A stretch of 63,097 nucleotides of DNA, counting the filler, from Octopus bimaculoides (taxonomy: Eukaryota), in NCBI RefSeq assembly GCF_001194135.2. It is 4 parts of 4 records of this genome, joined end to end, with 100 filler letters (N's around TTAATTAATTAA, not from the genome) between each part and the next. Parts side by side here need not be neighbours in the genome. Positions count along the whole stretch, not along the records: positions 60,878 to 63,097 come from NC_068988.1; 3 more parts are not named here. One strand, 5' to 3'. The notes under the pieces were generated by a model, which worked only from the letters and a program-made list of their open reading frames with translations, did not search any database and was not told the DNA's origin. A program made the position numbers and the translations under genes. Below, in pieces: positions 61,903 to 63,097 of this stretch; position 1 is the first letter of the stretch; each line of letters begins with the position of its first letter.

Positions 61903-62240
61903 AGGGAGAGTCATTATGCCAATATTATTAACACACGCACTGGTTCCTTTATTATTAGTCAATTGGTTGGTGGTGACCTGTCTGGATCATTAACACGCCG
62001 GGCAAAATTCTGAGCGGCATTTCGCCTGTAAAACACTGGGGCCGATGTAATCGACTAATCCTCTCCCACAAAATTTCAGGCCCTGTGCTTATTGTAAAAA
62101 GGATTATTAGTCAATTGGTTAAATATCCAAATAACTAATCGATTATTTGTATAATTTGGATATTTAACCAATTGACTAATAACAAAGAAGCGAATTGCAC
62201 CAGTGTGTGTGTGTTAATAATATGGGCATAATCACTCTCC
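61903..62240. mobile_element. Palindromic element interrupted by an internally deleted family B SINE with 18-bp TSD
   Basis: TSD ATTATTAGTCAATTGGTT at 61951-61968 and 62103-62120; GGGAGAGT..ATTATGCC is inverted to GGCATAATCACTCTCCC. Confidence 0.7.
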
Positions 62241-63097
62241 CCAGACTCAACAAAATTAGTTTCAACACACGAATTCACGTAAAGAATCTTGCAAATCAGA
62301 TACAAAACGAAAACGAATTTATATTAGTCTTATAGATTACATACGAGGAGAATAAGCTATAAAAAAATTAGCAAATACTGTAATTTTGTTTTCTTTTACG
62401 ACTTTGTATTTGTAAACGAAATGACCCCGTTTTGGGGTAATCCTATGTAGTGTAACAGTGAGGCTTGCGGCTAAAGTAACAGCGGAATGTGTTGCATAAT
62501 TAAAAGTAACAGCGCAATGTGTTTGTATAATTAAAATACCTTCTCTTTCATCTCGTTGATATCAAGTAATTTATTTAATGAGAACTCCAGAAACATACTT
62601 GTTACTTCAAGTTATACGTCACATTAAAATAGACCAAATTTTTCTGTGCAGAATGAGAAAGAAAATAACAAAACACACCCACAAACACACACCTGCGCGC
62701 GCACATACTCGCATACATACGCAATAATTGAGATATCGTGTATATAATTCTAATTTACGAGGTGTTTTGTGATGTCTTGTCAACAAAAAAACTATAGATT
62801 TAAAACTGCAGATTACAACTAAATGAACAAAATAAGTTTCACTAATGAAGTTTAATAAAATCGAAACACGCCCGTAGCTTTTACCAGTTGATTTAAAAAG
62901 ACCAGGTACACTTTAGTTTGCAATTTTGGGGTAGTCCTATGTATTGTAACGGTGAGGCTTGCGACTAAAGTTCCACTACTCTATTATATAACAGCAGCGC
63001 GGCACTAAGTGTTTTATAACATCGGATCGACCAATGCCTCGTGAGTGAATTTGGTAGACTGTGTGGAAGCCAGCCGTGAGTATATATATATATATAT

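Noticed and set aside
1-63097. CRISPR arrays, operons, rRNA or prokaryotic defence systems
   Set aside because: No repeat-spacer array or such genes seen; the sequence is eukaryotic and repeat-derived.

Overview
AT-rich, microsatellite-rich eukaryotic draft sequence with many N gaps. The SINE families, TTAGGG-type repeats and TE content suggest a cephalopod such as Octopus (inference). It is not one locus: three identical 100-bp spacers (44 N + TTAATTAATTAA + 44 N) join four scaffold pieces (about 1-28923, 29024-55348, 55449-60777, 60878-63097). The only convincing host gene is an apparently intronless, divergent p38-type MAP kinase on the minus strand (18746-19871). It is colinear with p38-alpha, and its activation loop lies in an assembly gap. 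The rest is mostly TE debris: several tRNA-derived SINE families, Tx1/L1, R4/Dong, RTE and CR1/L2 LINE fragments, a decayed Ty3/gypsy element, a probable non-autonomous LTR element, two mariners, hAT fragments, Helitron/Helentron-like elements, Merlin-like MITEs and a Kolobok-like relic. The most notable non-coding signal is a Penelope-derived 595-bp foldback carrying two minimal type-I hammerhead ribozyme motifs. Family assignments come from motif recognition by eye; no database searches were run.
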